Shown here one piece after another: positions 34,819 to 34,893 of a stretch of DNA of 34,893 bases. Source of the stretch: an uncultured Melioribacteraceae bacterium. Its GTDB lineage: Bacteria; Bacteroidota; Ignavibacteria; Ignavibacteriales; Melioribacteraceae. The notes beneath the pieces are model-generated. The model worked only from the letters and a program-made list of their open reading frames with translations, was not told the DNA's origin and searched no databases. Made by a program: the position numbers and the translations under genes. The stretch lies in the NCBI GenBank assembly GCA_964496755.1, contig CAZCBD010000002.1, positions 1-34,893 of the forward strand. The letters run 5' to 3'. Within the stretch, counting starts at the first letter, position 1; each line of letters opens with the position of its first letter.

Positions 34819-34893
34819 TTCGACAGGCTCAGTATGATTTCGACAGGCTCAGTATGATTTCGACAGGCTCAGTATGATTTCGACAGGCTCAGT
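34819..34893. repeat. Perfect 20-bp head-to-tail tandem repeat (ttcgacaggctcagtatgat), 3.75 copies, truncated by the window end
   Basis: Identical copies lie at 34819-34838, 34839-34858 and 34859-34878, with a partial copy at 34879-34893. There are no spacers between units. A degenerate half-unit (gcatac) precedes copy 1. Confidence 0.95.

Noticed and set aside
34819-34893. CRISPR array
   Set aside because: The units are only 20 bp and directly abutting, with no unique spacers. No cas genes are in the window. This is a simple tandem repeat.

Overview
Visibly AT-rich, densely coding 34.9-kb chromosomal window with about 31 CDS. I found no rRNA, tRNA, CRISPR array, transposase or integrase. 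The content is mostly housekeeping and cell-envelope genes. Housekeeping genes: hslU (3' part), uvrB, sufE, a dGTPase-like HD hydrolase, prmA, purM, hrcA-grpE-dnaJ, comEA and rlpA. Transport genes: two MATE transporters, one MATE-like/MOP transporter, a CLC-CBS-TrkA_C chloride transporter, and a MacA-MacB-TolC type efflux operon. Secreted proteolysis-related genes: a lipoprotein serpin, an M28/glutaminyl-cyclase-like lipoprotein, an active plus inactive M16 peptidase pair, and a CPBP intramembrane protease. The gene families and signal-peptide style suggest an FCB-group bacterium (Ignavibacteriota/Bacteroidota-like), but that is inference only. I see no obvious mobile or defence island. The items most worth a second look are: (1) a TatD hydrolase fused in one ORF to a minimal radical-SAM domain, heading a very tight four-gene operon; (2) a glutaminyl-cyclase-like lipoprotein together with Gln at +1 of all four predicted signal-peptidase-I substrates in the window ('Q-rule'); (3) a lipoprotein serpin with an inhibitory-type hinge, co-transcribed with a small unknown lipoprotein and divergent from an Fe-S-type Rrf2 regulator; (4) a comEA / pilin-like membrane protein / degenerate orphan PilM-like cluster; (5) a 594-aa pure coiled-coil protein; (6) a 20-bp head-to-tail tandem repeat with an upstream inverted copy that runs off the 3' window edge. 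Several starts (clc, uvrB, purM, rlpA, the second MATE gene, the pilM-like gene) are TTG/GTG calls and are less certain than the stops. All family assignments come from motif recognition by eye; no searches were run.
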